64,000 nucleotides of DNA. It comes from an uncultured delta proteobacterium. GTDB lineage: Bacteria; Myxococcota_A; UBA9160; SMWR01. This document shows positions 52,306 to 63,086 of the stretch, piece by piece (within the stretch, counting starts at the first letter, position 1; the number at the start of each line of letters is the position of its first letter). Made by a program: the position numbers and the translations under genes. The DNA is taken from NCBI GenBank assembly GCA_963832165.1, contig CAWHTE010000001.1, forward strand, positions 810,830 to 874,829, read 5' to 3'. The notes below the pieces were generated by a model. It saw only the letters and a list, made by a program, of their open reading frames with translations, did not search any database and was not told the DNA's origin.

Positions 52306-52632
52306 TCAGGCCAGCAGGCCCTCGACCATCTTCTTGAAGTCCGCCTTCGGCCGTGCGCCCTGGATCTGCTGCACCACCTGGCCGTTCTTGAACGCGAGGA
52401 TCGTGGGAATCGCGCGGACCCCGTACTGGCCCGGCGTGCCCGGGCTCTTGTCGATGTCCATCTTCACGATCTTCACGCGGTCGCCGTATTCAGCGGCGAG
52501 CTCGGAGATGATCGGCGCGATCTGGCGACACGGTGCGCACCACTCCGCCCAGAAATCGATGATCGCGGGCTTGTCGGACTTGAGCACCTCGGCGTCGAAG
52601 TCCTGGTCGGTCACCTCTTGTACCTTCGCCAC
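52306..52632 (-). CDS. trxA: Thioredoxin
   Basis: DFWAEWCAPC, YGVRAIPT; GTG start with SD. Confidence 0.93.
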   Translation of the reverse strand: MAKVQEVTDQDFDAEVLKSDKPAIIDFWAEWCAPCRQIAPIISELAAEYGDRVKIVKMDIDKSPGTPGQYGVRAIPTILAFKNGQVVQQIQGARPKADFKKMVEGLLA

Positions 52633-52771
52633 GAATCGCTCCTTGCTGAGTAGTCGGGCCGGCTGGATCCGCGCCCGGGACCCTCGGATGCCGGGCGCGC
52701 GCACCGGTTACGCAACCCCACGCTAGCGCGACGGGCACGCGTGTGGAACGGTTTCCGGCGGGGGCCGAACC

Positions 52772-53377
52772 ATGGGCCAACGGGAAGAGCGGGACGAGCG
52801 CGTCGCACGCGTCCGCGCGGCCTTCGAGGACAGCGTCGCTGCCAAGCGCGCGACGCTCGAAGCCTACGCGGGCGCGATCGCGGCCGCGGCGGAGCGCGTG
52901 ATCGAGTGCTTCCGCGCCGATCACAGGCTGCTCGCTTTCGGGAACGGCGGCTCGGCCTCCGATGCCCAACACCTGTGCGCGGAGCTCGCGGGTCGCTACG
53001 AACGCGAGCGCCCGGGTCTGCCCGCGATCGCGCTGACCTCGAACACCTCGGATCTCACGGCCATCGGGAACGACTACGGCTACGACCGGGTGTTCGCGCG
53101 ACTCGTCGAGGCGCACGGCCGTGCCGGCGACGTCGCCGTTGCGATCTCCACCTCGGGCAATTCGCCCAACGTGCTCGAGGCGGTTTCGGTCGCGCGCCAG
53201 CGCGGGCTGGCGACGATCGGCCTCACCGGTCGCGGCGGCGGCAAGCTGGCCGGCTGCGTCGACGTGCCGATCGTGGTCGCGTCGGATCGCACGCCGCGCA
53301 TCCAGGAGACCCACATCGCCATCATCCACGTATTGTGCGAGCTGGTCGACGAGGCGCTCTACCCGGAGGTGCGTTGA
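52772..53377 (+). CDS. gmhA: Phosphoheptose isomerase (SIS domain)
   Basis: GNGGSASDAQH, NDYGYD, STSGNSPNV, TPRIQETH. Confidence 0.92.
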   Translation: MGQREERDERVARVRAAFEDSVAAKRATLEAYAGAIAAAAERVIECFRADHRLLAFGNGGSASDAQHLCAELAGRYERERPGLPAIALTSNTSDLTAIGNDYGYDRVFARLVEAHGRAGDVAVAISTSGNSPNVLEAVSVARQRGLATIGLTGRGGGKLAGCVDVPIVVASDRTPRIQETHIAIIHVLCELVDEALYPEVR

Positions 53378-53916
53378 GCGGACGCGTCACCCTCGTGGAA
53401 GGGGACATCACCGAGCAGGCGGTGGACGCGATCGTGAACGCGGCCAACAGTGCGCTCCAGCTCGGCGCGGGTGTGGCGGGTGCGATTCGCGAGCGCGGCG
53501 GTCGCTCGATCCAGGCAGAGTGCGATGCGATCGGTCCGATCGCCGTGGGCGACGCGGCCGTGACCGGCGCGGGTGCGTTGCCCGCGCGCTTCGTGATCCA
53601 CGCGGCGGGGATGGCGCCGGGCGGCCACGCCGACGAAGTCTCGGTGCGCCACTCCGCGCGGCGCAGTCTCGAGCTCGCGAGCGAGCGCGGCTGCCGCACG
53701 ATCGCGGTCCCCGCGATCGGCGCCGGGATCGGCGGCTTCTCGCCGCAGCGCTGCGCCGAGGTGCTGCTCGAGGAGGCGCGCGCTCACCTCGCGGGTGAGA
53801 CGAGCCTCGAGGAGATCCGCTTCGTGCTGCGCGGAGAGCCGAGCTACCGGATCTTCGAAAGCGCCAAAGACGCGATCGCGGTGCGCGAGCAGCTCGCCCG
53901 CATGCGTCGCCGCTGA
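53374..53916 (+). CDS. Macro domain protein (ADP-ribose/O-acetyl-ADP-ribose hydrolase type)
   Basis: GDITE, DAIVNAAN, GAGVAGAI, VIHA, PAIGAGIGGF. Confidence 0.9.
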   Translation: MSGRVTLVEGDITEQAVDAIVNAANSALQLGAGVAGAIRERGGRSIQAECDAIGPIAVGDAAVTGAGALPARFVIHAAGMAPGGHADEVSVRHSARRSLELASERGCRTIAVPAIGAGIGGFSPQRCAEVLLEEARAHLAGETSLEEIRFVLRGEPSYRIFESAKDAIAVREQLARMRRR

Positions 53917-53957
53917 CGCGCGACGGCCTATCCTCTCCTCCTCCGCCCGAGGCGCCC

Positions 53958-54755
53958 ATGGTCGCAGCGCTCCAATACCTCACTGCCGGTCTGTATCTGC
54001 TCGCGAGTCTCACGGCTGGCGCGGGGTTCACGCTCGCGCGGCCCGCGATGCTGCGCGCCGCGATGGGGATGCTCGCGGCAGGCGCGATCGCGCACGGCGC
54101 GAGCTTCAGCCTGCTGCACTCGGCCGCCATCACGCCACCGCTGACCCACCTCCCGAGCGCGCTCTCGTTCATGGCGTGGGTCGGCACGATCGGCTTCCTG
54201 CTGCTCGCGTGGCGCGCGCGGCTCACGGGCCTCGTGGCGTTCGTGGCCCCCGTGTCGTGTCTCGGTGTCGCCGCAGCGGTGTTCTCGGGCCCGGCCTCGG
54301 CTGCGGATCCGGGTCTCGCCGCCGAAGGATCGCTGCCCCACGCCCACGTGCTGCTCGCGAGCGCAGGGCTCGCGCTGCTGGGTCTCGCGGGGCTCGCGGG
54401 TCTGTCGTTCCTGGTCGAGCACCGCCGGCTCAAGCGCAAGCGCCCGCTCGTGGGCGGGACGGGCTGGCCCTCGCTCGAGGCGCTCGATCGCGCAGGCGCG
54501 TTCGCGGTGGTGGCCGGGTTTCCGCTCCTGACGCTTGGCGTGGTCACGGGGTCGCTCTGGCAGCGTTCGGCGACCGGAGAGTTCTTCTCGGGCAACCCGC
54601 ACGAGACGTTCTGCCTGATCGCATGGGCGATCTACGGCGTGCTCGCGACGGTGCGCTTCGGCGCGCGCCAGCCCGCTGCGCGCTGCGCGATCTCGTCGAT
54701 CGCGGGCTTCGCGTTCCTCGGCATCGCCGTGCTCGGCGTGGAGCTGTTCGCGTGA
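53958..54755 (+). CDS. Cytochrome c assembly (CcsA/HemX-like) membrane protein
   Basis: Multi-TM; HAHVLL, PSLEALDR, LTLGVVTGSLW; upstream of hemA. Confidence 0.8.
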   Translation: MVAALQYLTAGLYLLASLTAGAGFTLARPAMLRAAMGMLAAGAIAHGASFSLLHSAAITPPLTHLPSALSFMAWVGTIGFLLLAWRARLTGLVAFVAPVSCLGVAAAVFSGPASAADPGLAAEGSLPHAHVLLASAGLALLGLAGLAGLSFLVEHRRLKRKRPLVGGTGWPSLEALDRAGAFAVVAGFPLLTLGVVTGSLWQRSATGEFFSGNPHETFCLIAWAIYGVLATVRFGARQPAARCAISSIAGFAFLGIAVLGVELFA

Positions 54756-56077
54756 AGCTCCTGCTCGTCGGAATGAACCACCGCACCGCACCACTCGAGC
54801 TGCGCGAGCGCCTTGCGGTGGACGATCCGGTGCCGGTGTTGCGCAAGCTCGTCGCGGGCGACGAGGTGGACGAGGCGGTGCTGCTCTCCACCTGCAACCG
54901 CGTCGAGCTCGTGGTGCTGACGCGCGAGATCGAAGCGGCGCGGATACGCCTGCGCTCGGTGTTCCGGCGCGAGCTGGCACCCGACGGCACGGGGCCCGCC
55001 GAGCAGGACCTCGAGAGCTCGCTCTACGAGTACCAGAACAGCGATGCGATGCGGCACGTGCTGCGCGTCGCTTCCTCGCTCGACTCGATGGTGGTGGGCG
55101 AGCCGCAGATCCTCGGCCAGTCCAAGGACGCCTACCGCGCGGCCGTCGAGTGCGGCGCGGCGGGTCCGATCCTCGGCCGCTTGTTCCAGCACGCGTTCGC
55201 CACCGCGAAGCGCGTGCGCAGCGAGACGCGGATCGCGGAGCGCCCCGTTTCCGTCGCGCGCGTGGCGGTGGATCTCGCGGCGCAGATCTTCGAGTCGTTC
55301 TCCGAGAAGCGCGCGCTGCTCGTGGGTGCGGGCGAGATGATCGAGCTCGCGCTGCGCGCGCTGCGCGGCGCGGGGCTCGAGTCGATCAGCGTGGCCAACC
55401 GCACCGCAGAGCGGGCCGCGCGCCTCGCGGTGCAGTTCGGCGCGACTGCGCACGGGCTCGACGAGCTGCCCGCGCTGCTCGGTGACGCCGACGTGGTGCT
55501 GACCTCGATCGGCGCCGCCGAGCCGTGGCTCACGCGCCCGGTCGCGGAGCGCGCGCTGCACTCGCGGCGCGGCCGGCCGATGTTCGTGATCGACATCGGT
55601 GTGCCGCGCAACGCCGACCCCGCGATCGACGCACTCGGCGACGTCTACCGCTACGACCTCGACGACCTCGCCGGAATCGCGAACGAGAACGCGGAGGAGC
55701 GGCGCCGCGAGCAGGCGAGCGCCGAGGTGATCGTGGAGGCCGAGCAGCAGCGCTTCGACGGCTGGTTCGCCGCGCTGCGCGCCGTTCCGACGATTCGGCA
55801 GCTGCGCGCGCGCGTGGAGTCGATCCGCGCGGGCGAGGTCGAGAAGGCGCTGCCGCGGCTCGGTCTCGACGAGGCCGCGCGCGAGGGCGTCGACGCGCTC
55901 ACGCGCGCGATCGTGAACAAGATTCTCCACGCTCCGCTGTCGCGCCTGCGCGAGGAGGCCGAGCGCGAGGAGGGGATCGCCCACCTCGAGACGACGCGCC
56001 TGTTGTTCGCACTCGACGACGCGGAGCCGGAGACCGGTGGAAGCGCCGCCGATGGCGACGAGCCGGAGCGCTCGTGA
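54752..56077 (+). CDS. hemA: Glutamyl-tRNA reductase
   Basis: GMNHRTAP, LSTCNRVE, SLDSMVVGEPQILGQ, GAGEM, DIGVPRN. Confidence 0.96.
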   Translation: MKLLLVGMNHRTAPLELRERLAVDDPVPVLRKLVAGDEVDEAVLLSTCNRVELVVLTREIEAARIRLRSVFRRELAPDGTGPAEQDLESSLYEYQNSDAMRHVLRVASSLDSMVVGEPQILGQSKDAYRAAVECGAAGPILGRLFQHAFATAKRVRSETRIAERPVSVARVAVDLAAQIFESFSEKRALLVGAGEMIELALRALRGAGLESISVANRTAERAARLAVQFGATAHGLDELPALLGDADVVLTSIGAAEPWLTRPVAERALHSRRGRPMFVIDIGVPRNADPAIDALGDVYRYDLDDLAGIANENAEERRREQASAEVIVEAEQQRFDGWFAALRAVPTIRQLRARVESIRAGEVEKALPRLGLDEAAREGVDALTRAIVNKILHAPLSRLREEAEREEGIAHLETTRLLFALDDAEPETGGSAADGDEPERS

Positions 56078-57000
56078 CCGCCGTGCGGATCGCCACGCGC
56101 GCGAGCGAGCTCGCGCTGTGGCAGGCGCGCTATGTCGCGCAGCGGATCGAGAAGGAGCTCGGCCGCGAGACGCAGATCGTTCCGCTCACGACCACGGGTG
56201 ACGAGCTGCGCGACGTGTCGCTCGCGAAGGTGGGCGGCAAGGGCTTGTTCGTGAAAGAGATCGAGGAGGCGCTGCTCGACGGGCGCGCCGACGTCGCCGT
56301 CCACAGCGCGAAGGATCTGCCCGGCGAGTCTCCGCCCGAGCTCGTGTTTGCGGCGTTCCCCGAGCGCGCCGATCCGCGCGACGCGCTGGTGTCGGCGATC
56401 GCGACGAAGCTCGACGACCTTCCGCGCGGCGCGCGCGTGGGCACGGGCAGCGCGCGCCGCCGCGCGCAATTGCTGCTCGCAAGACCGGATCTCTCGATCG
56501 CTCCGCTGCGCGGGAACGTGCCGACGCGCCTCGCCAAGCTCGAGCGCGAGAAGCTCGACGCCGTGGTGCTCGCGTGTGCGGGGCTCGACCGGCTCGGTCT
56601 CGCGGACCGCATTGCCGAGCGGATCGATCCGATGCGGCTCGTGCCGGCCGTGGGGCAGGGGGCGCTCGCGATCCAGACCCGGCGCGGCGATCCGCTCGCG
56701 TCAGCGCTCGCGGTGCTCGGCGATTCCGCCACGGCGACGCGTGTGGCGGCCGAGCGGGCCTGCCAGGCGCGGCTCGGCGCCGACTGCAACGTGGCGCTCG
56801 GCGCGCACGCGCTGCTCGCGCGCGATCGGATCGCGCTGCGCGTGCGCCTGCTCGATCCCGATGGCAGCGCCGTGATCGAGCGCACGCTCGACGGCGATGC
56901 GCGCGACGCGGAGGCGATCGGGCGTCGCGCCGCCGAGCAGGTGCTCGCGGCGGGCGGCGACGCGCTGCTCGAGGCGCTGCGCTCGCGAGGTCCGGCGTGA
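56074..57000 (+). CDS. hemC: Hydroxymethylbilane synthase
   Basis: IATRASELALWQA, GKGLFVKEIE, VHSAKD, LRGNV.TRL, PAVGQGAL. Confidence 0.95.
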   Translation: MTAVRIATRASELALWQARYVAQRIEKELGRETQIVPLTTTGDELRDVSLAKVGGKGLFVKEIEEALLDGRADVAVHSAKDLPGESPPELVFAAFPERADPRDALVSAIATKLDDLPRGARVGTGSARRRAQLLLARPDLSIAPLRGNVPTRLAKLEREKLDAVVLACAGLDRLGLADRIAERIDPMRLVPAVGQGALAIQTRRGDPLASALAVLGDSATATRVAAERACQARLGADCNVALGAHALLARDRIALRVRLLDPDGSAVIERTLDGDARDAEAIGRRAAEQVLAAGGDALLEALRSRGPA

Positions 57001-58538
57001 GCCCCGTCGGCAAGGTGATCCTCGTGGGCGCGGGACCCGGGGCGCCGGACCTGATCACGGTGCGCGGCGCCGACGCGCTGCGCCGCGCCGACGCGGTCGT
57101 CTACGACGCGCTCGCCTCGAAGGCGCTACTCGACCTCGCTCCACCCGGAGCGCTGCGGATCGACGTCGGCAAGCGCGGGCACGACGAGCCCACGCGCACC
57201 CAGGAAGAGACGACGGCGCTGCTCCTGCGGCTCGCCGCGGAGGGGCGCACGGTCGTGCGCCTCAAGGGCGGCGATCCCTACGTGTTCGGCCGCGGCGGCG
57301 AGGAGGCCTCCGCGTGCGCGGAGGCCGGGATTCCGTTCGAGGTGGTGCCGGGCGTGTCCGCGATCTTCGGCGCGCTCGCGTTCGCGGGCATTCCGATCAC
57401 GGACCGCCGGCACGGCGCGTCTTTCGCGGTGGTGACCGGACACAAAGATCCCACCAAGGTCACGCGGGAGACGCGCTGGGACCTGCTCGCGCGCGCCGCC
57501 GACACGCTCGTGATCCTGATGGGGATGCGAAACCTCGCGGAGATCGTGGCGCGGCTGCTCGAAGGCGGCCGCAGCCCCGCGACGCCATCGGCCGTGGTGA
57601 TGTCGGGGACGCTGCCGTCGCAGCGCGTGGTGACGGCGCCGCTCGGCGAGCTCGTCGCGGCAGCGCAGCGCGAGGGCGTCAGCGCACCCGCCGTGGTGGT
57701 GGTCGGAGACGTGGTCTCGCTGCGCGACGCGCTCGCGTGGTACGAGCGCCAGCCGCTGTTCGGCCGCCGCGTGCTCGTGACGCGCGCGCCCGAGCAGGCG
57801 ACCGATCTCGTGGCCGCGCTCGCGAACGCGGGCGCCGAGGCCGTGCTCGCGCCACTCGTGCGCCTCGCGCCGCCCGACGATCCGTCTGCGCTCGACGCCG
57901 CGCTCGATCGCCTGGACGGCTACGACGCGATCGTGTTCACGAGCGCGAACGCGGTGCGTTTCACCGCGCAGCGCGCGCACGAGCGCGGCATCGCGCTCGC
58001 GATGGGCACCGCGCGCGTAGTCTGCGTCGGACCCGCCACCGCGCAGGCCGCGCTCGACGCGGGCCTGCCCGTGCACCGCGCGCCGCCCGCGCGCTACGAC
58101 GCGGAAGCGGTGCTCGCGCAGCTGCTCGCCGACGGCGACGTGCGCGGGAAGCGATTCCTCGTCCCGCACTCGGATCTCGCGCGCGAGGTGCTGCCCGACG
58201 GGCTGCGCACGGCGGGCGCGCACGTCGACGCGGTGGTCGCCTATCGCAACGAGCCCGCCGACGTCGACCGCGATTGGCTGCGCGGCGAGCTCACCGAGGG
58301 CCGGCTCGACGTGCTCACGTTCGCGAGCCCGTCCGCTGCGCGGCGCTTCTGCGCACTGCTCGACGCGCCCGCGCGCGATGCGGCGGCGCGCTGCACGGTC
58401 GCTGCGATCGGGCCGGTCACGGCGCGCGCGCTCGCGGCGGCCGGTCTGCCCGCGCAGGTCGTGGCGCAATCGGCGACCGCCGCGGGCCTCGTCGAGGAGC
58501 TCGCGCTCGCGATGGCGGCGCGCGCCGAGCGCGACTAA
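56997..58538 (+). CDS. cobA: Fused uroporphyrinogen-III C-methyltransferase / uroporphyrinogen-III synthase (CobA-HemD)
   Basis: LVGAGPG, RLKGGDPYVFGRGGEE; second domain VLVTR, FTSANAV, CVGPATA, FASPS. Confidence 0.93.
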   Translation: MSPVGKVILVGAGPGAPDLITVRGADALRRADAVVYDALASKALLDLAPPGALRIDVGKRGHDEPTRTQEETTALLLRLAAEGRTVVRLKGGDPYVFGRGGEEASACAEAGIPFEVVPGVSAIFGALAFAGIPITDRRHGASFAVVTGHKDPTKVTRETRWDLLARAADTLVILMGMRNLAEIVARLLEGGRSPATPSAVVMSGTLPSQRVVTAPLGELVAAAQREGVSAPAVVVVGDVVSLRDALAWYERQPLFGRRVLVTRAPEQATDLVAALANAGAEAVLAPLVRLAPPDDPSALDAALDRLDGYDAIVFTSANAVRFTAQRAHERGIALAMGTARVVCVGPATAQAALDAGLPVHRAPPARYDAEAVLAQLLADGDVRGKRFLVPHSDLAREVLPDGLRTAGAHVDAVVAYRNEPADVDRDWLRGELTEGRLDVLTFASPSAARRFCALLDAPARDAAARCTVAAIGPVTARALAAAGLPAQVVAQSATAAGLVEELALAMAARAERD

Positions 58539-58548
58539 CGGGGGCGAG

Positions 58549-58734
58549 ATGGCACTGCGCTACAAGGTGGTCGAGACGAGCTCGGTGACCGACGAGGAGC
58601 TCGAGCGCATCTTCAACGAGTGGAGCGAGCGCGGCTGGCAGCTCGACGGCGTGCGCTTCGCGATGAGCGACTCCTCGCGCCGGCCCGCGATGGCGTTCGT
58701 CACCTTCGTGCGCGAGGGCGACGGTTCCGACTAG
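58549..58734 (+). CDS. Small DUF4177-like protein
   Basis: YKVVETSSVTDEELERIFNEWSERGWQL. Confidence 0.7.
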   Translation: MALRYKVVETSSVTDEELERIFNEWSERGWQLDGVRFAMSDSSRRPAMAFVTFVREGDGSD

Positions 58735-59135
58735 CTGCCCTGGTCGAGCTTCACGCGCAGGGAGCTCCCGCCGCCGCCGTCCTTGTCCCCGAGCCGGATC
58801 TCCGCCGTCACCTCGAGCGTGCGCCCCTCGAGCAGCGCGGCGAGCACCGCGGCCCAATCGACCGTCTCGATCGCGCGCCCGACCTCGAACGAGACGCGGT
58901 CGATGAATTCGCTGCGCGTGCGCGCGCTCTGATCCGCTGCGAAATCCGCCCATTCGCGCGGCAGCGAGTCGCCGAGCGCATCGCGCAGTGCCTCGCCGGT
59001 CATGAAGATTCCGGAAAAGCCTGCGGAGAGAGCGCGTCGAACCAGCTCGGGGATGCCGCCCGCGGCCGCTGCGCCCTCGCGCGGCGCGCGTGTCTTCCCG
59101 CGATTGCTGCTTTCTTTCCAACGAGCCGGAGCCAT
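58731..59135 (-). CDS. Hypothetical protein
   Basis: Coding-like ORF (GIFMTGEALR..LPREW..LEVTAEIRL) filling the gap; start approximate. Confidence 0.6.
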   Translation of the reverse strand: MAPARWKESSNRGKTRAPREGAAAAGGIPELVRRALSAGFSGIFMTGEALRDALGDSLPREWADFAADQSARTRSEFIDRVSFEVGRAIETVDWAAVLAALLEGRTLEVTAEIRLGDKDGGGGSSLRVKLDQGS

Positions 59136-59156
59136 GGAGTAGAATCCGCGATCGCC

Positions 59157-59573
59157 ATGGGCGACACGAAAGTTCGCGACATCATGTCGGAGCATGTCGT
59201 GACGATCAGCAGCGACGATTCGCTCTCGACCGTCGAAGATATCATGACGCTCGGACACGTGCGGCACATGCCGGTCGTACGCGCCGGTCAACTCGTGGGA
59301 GTGGTGTCGGAGCGTGACCTGCTGCGCGCGTCGCTCTCGAACTTGAGCGGGATCGACAGCGATCAGCGCCGCGCGTTCCTCCAGGTGGTCGAGATCAAGC
59401 GCGTGATGTCGGCGCCTCCGATCGTGATCGATCCGGAGGCTTCGGTGGAGAGCGCGGCGCTCGTGATGGCCGAGCGCAAGATCGGATGCCTGCCCGTGGT
59501 GGAGGCGGGCCGGTTGGTCGGGATGCTCACCGAGACCGACGTGCTCCGGTATTTCGCTGGGGTGTCCCGCTAG
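59157..59573 (+). CDS. CBS-pair domain protein
   Basis: VRDIMS, RHMPVV, GVVSERDL, IGCLPVV, GMLTETD. Confidence 0.88.
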   Translation: MGDTKVRDIMSEHVVTISSDDSLSTVEDIMTLGHVRHMPVVRAGQLVGVVSERDLLRASLSNLSGIDSDQRRAFLQVVEIKRVMSAPPIVIDPEASVESAALVMAERKIGCLPVVEAGRLVGMLTETDVLRYFAGVSR

Positions 59574-59589
59574 CCGCCCCACGTTTTAA

Positions 59590-59619
59590 TTGACATGTCC
59601 CGCGGGGATCCCGTACTCT
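59590..59619 (+). promoter_or_regulatory. Putative sigma70 promoter of the aldehyde dehydrogenase operon
   Basis: TTGACA-18 bp-TACTCT with an AT-rich upstream segment. Confidence 0.6.
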
Positions 59620-59664
59620 GATTTCGGGCCACCTGTGGGGAGGTGGCGAGGGAAGGGGCAGCGG

Positions 59665-61197
59665 ATGGCATTGGTCGAGCGTCTCGAGGTGGCGCCCGGG
59701 GAGCGACGACGGCTCCGGCTCGCCAATCCCGCCACGCTCGAGCCTCTTGGCGAGCTCGAGATCGACACGGCCGAGCACGTGCGCTCCGCGGTCGATCGCG
59801 CGCGAAAGGCGCAGGTCGATTGGGCGGCGCTCGGCTTCCGCGCGCGAGCGCACTACCTCGATCGCGCATCGCGCCTGCTCGCGACTCGATCGGACGAGTT
59901 CGTCGCGCGGATCGCTGCCGAGACCGGAAAGCCGCGCACCGAGCTGCTCACCACCGAGATCCTGACCGCCTGCGACAGCCTCCAGTTCTATGCCAAGCGC
60001 GCGCGCCACATCCTGGCCGACCGCGTCGTACCGCTCCATCTGCTCAAGACCAAGAAGCTGCGCATCTCCCACCATCCGATCGGCGTGGTCGGGATCATCA
60101 CGCCGTGGAACTTCCCATTCATTCTCGCGCTGAATCCGACCGTGCAGGCGCTGATCGCGGGCAACGCCGTCGTGCTGAAGCCGTCCGAGGTGACCCCGGA
60201 CTCGGGGCGTCTCGTCGCGGAGCTGTGGGCGGCCGTGGGCCTGCCCGCGGGTGTCTTCAACCTGGTGCAGGGCGACGGCGAGACGGGCGCGGCCTTGCTC
60301 GAGTCCGGCGTCGACAAGATCTCGTTCACGGGCAGCGTCGCGACGGGTCGCCGCGTGGCCGAAGTGTGCGGCCGCTCGCTCGTACCGTGCACGCTCGAGC
60401 TCGGCGGCAAGGATCCGATGATCGTCTGCGAGGACGCAGATCTCGAGCGCGCCGCGCGTGGCGCCGTGTACGGTGCGTTCAGCAACGCGGGCCAGGTGTG
60501 CACGTCGACCGAGCGGGTCTACGTGGTGGATCGGGTCGCCGACGAATTCACGCGCCGCGTGGTCGAGGAGACCAGCCATCTGCGCCAGGGGGCCGAGGGC
60601 GAGTTCGACATCGGCCCGATGATCCGCGCCGAGCAGCTCACCGTGGTCGAGGAACACATCCGCGACGCGATCGCGAAGGGCGCGCGCGTGCTCGCGGGCG
60701 GGCGACGCAATCCAGCGTATGTGGGGCTGTTCTTCGAGCCGACCGTACTCGACGACGTCACCCACGACATGAAGATCATGCGCGAGGAGACATTCGGGCC
60801 GGTGCTGCCGATCATGCGCGTGCGTGACGCCGACGAGGCGGTCGCCTTCGCGAACGACTCGCCCTACGGGTTGAACGCGAACGTCTGGACGCGCAACCGG
60901 CGCCGCGGTGTGGAGCTCGCGAAGGCGATCGACTCCGGCTGCGCCGTGGTGAACGACTGCATGATCACCTACGGCGTGACCGAATCGCCGTTCGGCGGCG
61001 TGAAGCAGAGCGGCATCGGTCGCGTGAACGGGGAGCAGGGCCTGCTCGGCATGTGCCACACGAAGTCGATCGTGATCGATCGAGTCGGCGGCCGCACGGA
61101 GCTGCTCTGGTTTCCGCACTCGGCGCGAAAAGCGACCTGGGTGAAGCGCACCCTGCGCTTGATATGGGGAACCTCGCTCGGGCGTTGGCTCGCCTAG
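59665..61197 (+). CDS. Aldehyde dehydrogenase
   Basis: ITPWNFP, LKPSE, FTGS, LELGGKDP, GQVC, EETFGP, PFGGVKQSG. Confidence 0.95.
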   Translation: MALVERLEVAPGERRRLRLANPATLEPLGELEIDTAEHVRSAVDRARKAQVDWAALGFRARAHYLDRASRLLATRSDEFVARIAAETGKPRTELLTTEILTACDSLQFYAKRARHILADRVVPLHLLKTKKLRISHHPIGVVGIITPWNFPFILALNPTVQALIAGNAVVLKPSEVTPDSGRLVAELWAAVGLPAGVFNLVQGDGETGAALLESGVDKISFTGSVATGRRVAEVCGRSLVPCTLELGGKDPMIVCEDADLERAARGAVYGAFSNAGQVCTSTERVYVVDRVADEFTRRVVEETSHLRQGAEGEFDIGPMIRAEQLTVVEEHIRDAIAKGARVLAGGRRNPAYVGLFFEPTVLDDVTHDMKIMREETFGPVLPIMRVRDADEAVAFANDSPYGLNANVWTRNRRRGVELAKAIDSGCAVVNDCMITYGVTESPFGGVKQSGIGRVNGEQGLLGMCHTKSIVIDRVGGRTELLWFPHSARKATWVKRTLRLIWGTSLGRWLA

Positions 61198-61216
61198 GGC
61201 ACTGGCGGAGAACCGG

Positions 61217-62041
61217 ATGATCTCGACGATCCTGGTGGCGACGGATGGATCCGAGGGTGCGGCCAACGCGGAGCGCTTCGGAGTGGCGCTCGCGTCGCGG
61301 ATGAAGGCCCGGCTCCTGGGCGTCTCGGTGGTGGAGGACCGCTTCACGCGCGGCTTCGTGGACGATGGCCTCGGCGTGACTCCGCCCTCGCTCGAGCCGC
61401 TCGCGCAGTACCTGCGCCAGCGCGCCGAAGCGGCGTGCTCGCGGCTCGCCAAGGGCGCCGCGGCCGAGAGCGTCGAGTGCACGGGCGAGTCCGTGAGCGG
61501 GATCGCCGACGACAAGATCGTGGAGCGCGGGCAGCAGGCCGACGTCACCGTGCTCGGGCGCGACGGGCAATCGGCGAGCTACCGCAGCCCCGCGCTGATC
61601 GGCTCGATCTCGAGCGGTGTGATCCGAAAGACCAGCAAGACCTCGCTCGTGGTGCCGGCTTCGGCTCAGCTCTCGGGGCCGATCGTGCTCGCGTTCGACG
61701 GCTCGCCCGGCTCACGCGTCGGCGCGAGTCTCGCGGTTCAGATCGCTACGCGGCTCGGAGAACCGATCCACGTTTTCGTCGATTCGAAGGACAAGGGGCG
61801 CGCTGTGGCGCGCTTCGACGAGGTGCGCGGAATCGTCGGCTCACTGCCGGTTCCCGTGCGCGAGATCTCGTCGACGCTGGGACGCCCCGACGTGAAGATC
61901 GTGGATTCGGCTCGGGAAGTGAAAGCGGGGCTGATCGTGATGGGTGCCTACGGGCGCAATCGCATCACGGAGTACTTCCTCGGCAGCAACGCGGCCGCGG
62001 TCGTGCGCACGTCGCCCGTCGCGGTGCTGCTCGCGCGCTGA
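61217..62041 (+). CDS. Universal stress protein (tandem USP domains)
   Basis: [29 protein letters not shown]. Confidence 0.9.
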   Translation: MISTILVATDGSEGAANAERFGVALASRMKARLLGVSVVEDRFTRGFVDDGLGVTPPSLEPLAQYLRQRAEAACSRLAKGAAAESVECTGESVSGIADDKIVERGQQADVTVLGRDGQSASYRSPALIGSISSGVIRKTSKTSLVVPASAQLSGPIVLAFDGSPGSRVGASLAVQIATRLGEPIHVFVDSKDKGRAVARFDEVRGIVGSLPVPVREISSTLGRPDVKIVDSAREVKAGLIVMGAYGRNRITEYFLGSNAAAVVRTSPVAVLLAR

Positions 62042-62042
62042 C

Positions 62043-63086
62043 GTGGCGTCGGCGGGAGTCCGCCTCGGCGATCTCGCATCGCAGCTGGGCCTGTTGCTCG
62101 AAGGCGATCCGGATCTGCTGATCTCCGGCGTGGCTTCGATCGACGACGCCACGGCCGACGACCTCGTGTTCGTGCGCGCGCCGAGCTTCGCGTCTCGGCT
62201 CGACGCCTCGCCCGCGCGCGCGGTCGTTGCGCCCATCGGGCTCGCGGTGGGTAGCCGCAGCGCGCTGCGCTCGGACGATCCGAGCCGCGACTTCTACCGC
62301 GCCGCGGCCATCCTGGTTCCCGAGCCCGCGGTGGCGCCGGGCGTCCATCGCGCGGCGGTGGTGTCGGACGATGCGCGCGTCGATCCGACCGCATCGATCG
62401 GCGCGGGCTGCTTCGTGGGAGCGCGCGCCGAGATCGGGCCGCGCACAGTGCTCCACCCCGGTGTCGTGCTCTACGACGCGGTTCGCGTCGGCGCGGACTG
62501 TGTGCTGCACGCGCGCTGCGTGATCGCGGCCGCTTCGGTGCTAGGCGATCGCGTCGTGCTCCAGCCCGGTGTGGTGATCGGCGGCGATGGCTTCGGCTAC
62601 GTGGGTCTCGAGGGCGGCGGCCTCGCCAAGGCGCACCAGGTCGGGCGGGTCGTGCTCGAGGACGACGTCGAGATCGGCGCCAACTCGACCGTCGACCGCG
62701 GCACGCTCGGCGACACGCGGATCGGCCGCGGCACCAAGATCGACAACCTGGTCCAGATCGGGCACAACTGCACGATCGGCGAGCGCTGCATCATCGTTTC
62801 GCAAGCGGGGATCGCGGGTTCGACGACGCTCGGGGCCGGGGTGGTGCTGCTCGCCCAGTCCGGGATCGCGGGTCACAAGCGGATCGGCGCCAACGCGTTC
62901 ATCGGGCCTCAATCCGGCGTACACAAGGATGTGCCAGCGGGCGCGCGCGTGCTCGGATCGCCGCAGCGCCTCGAGCGCGCGTTTCACCGCCAGATGGCGG
63001 CGCTCTCGCGGCTGCCCGAGCTCGTGCGGCGCGTCCGCGCGCTCGAGCGCGGGGACGGCGGCGAGACGGATCCGGACGAAACGTGA
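62043..63086 (+). CDS. lpxD: UDP-3-O-acylglucosamine N-acyltransferase
   Basis: Hexapeptide repeats, [30 protein letters not shown]. Confidence 0.94.
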   Translation: MASAGVRLGDLASQLGLLLEGDPDLLISGVASIDDATADDLVFVRAPSFASRLDASPARAVVAPIGLAVGSRSALRSDDPSRDFYRAAAILVPEPAVAPGVHRAAVVSDDARVDPTASIGAGCFVGARAEIGPRTVLHPGVVLYDAVRVGADCVLHARCVIAAASVLGDRVVLQPGVVIGGDGFGYVGLEGGGLAKAHQVGRVVLEDDVEIGANSTVDRGTLGDTRIGRGTKIDNLVQIGHNCTIGERCIIVSQAGIAGSTTLGAGVVLLAQSGIAGHKRIGANAFIGPQSGVHKDVPAGARVLGSPQRLERAFHRQMAALSRLPELVRRVRALERGDGGETDPDET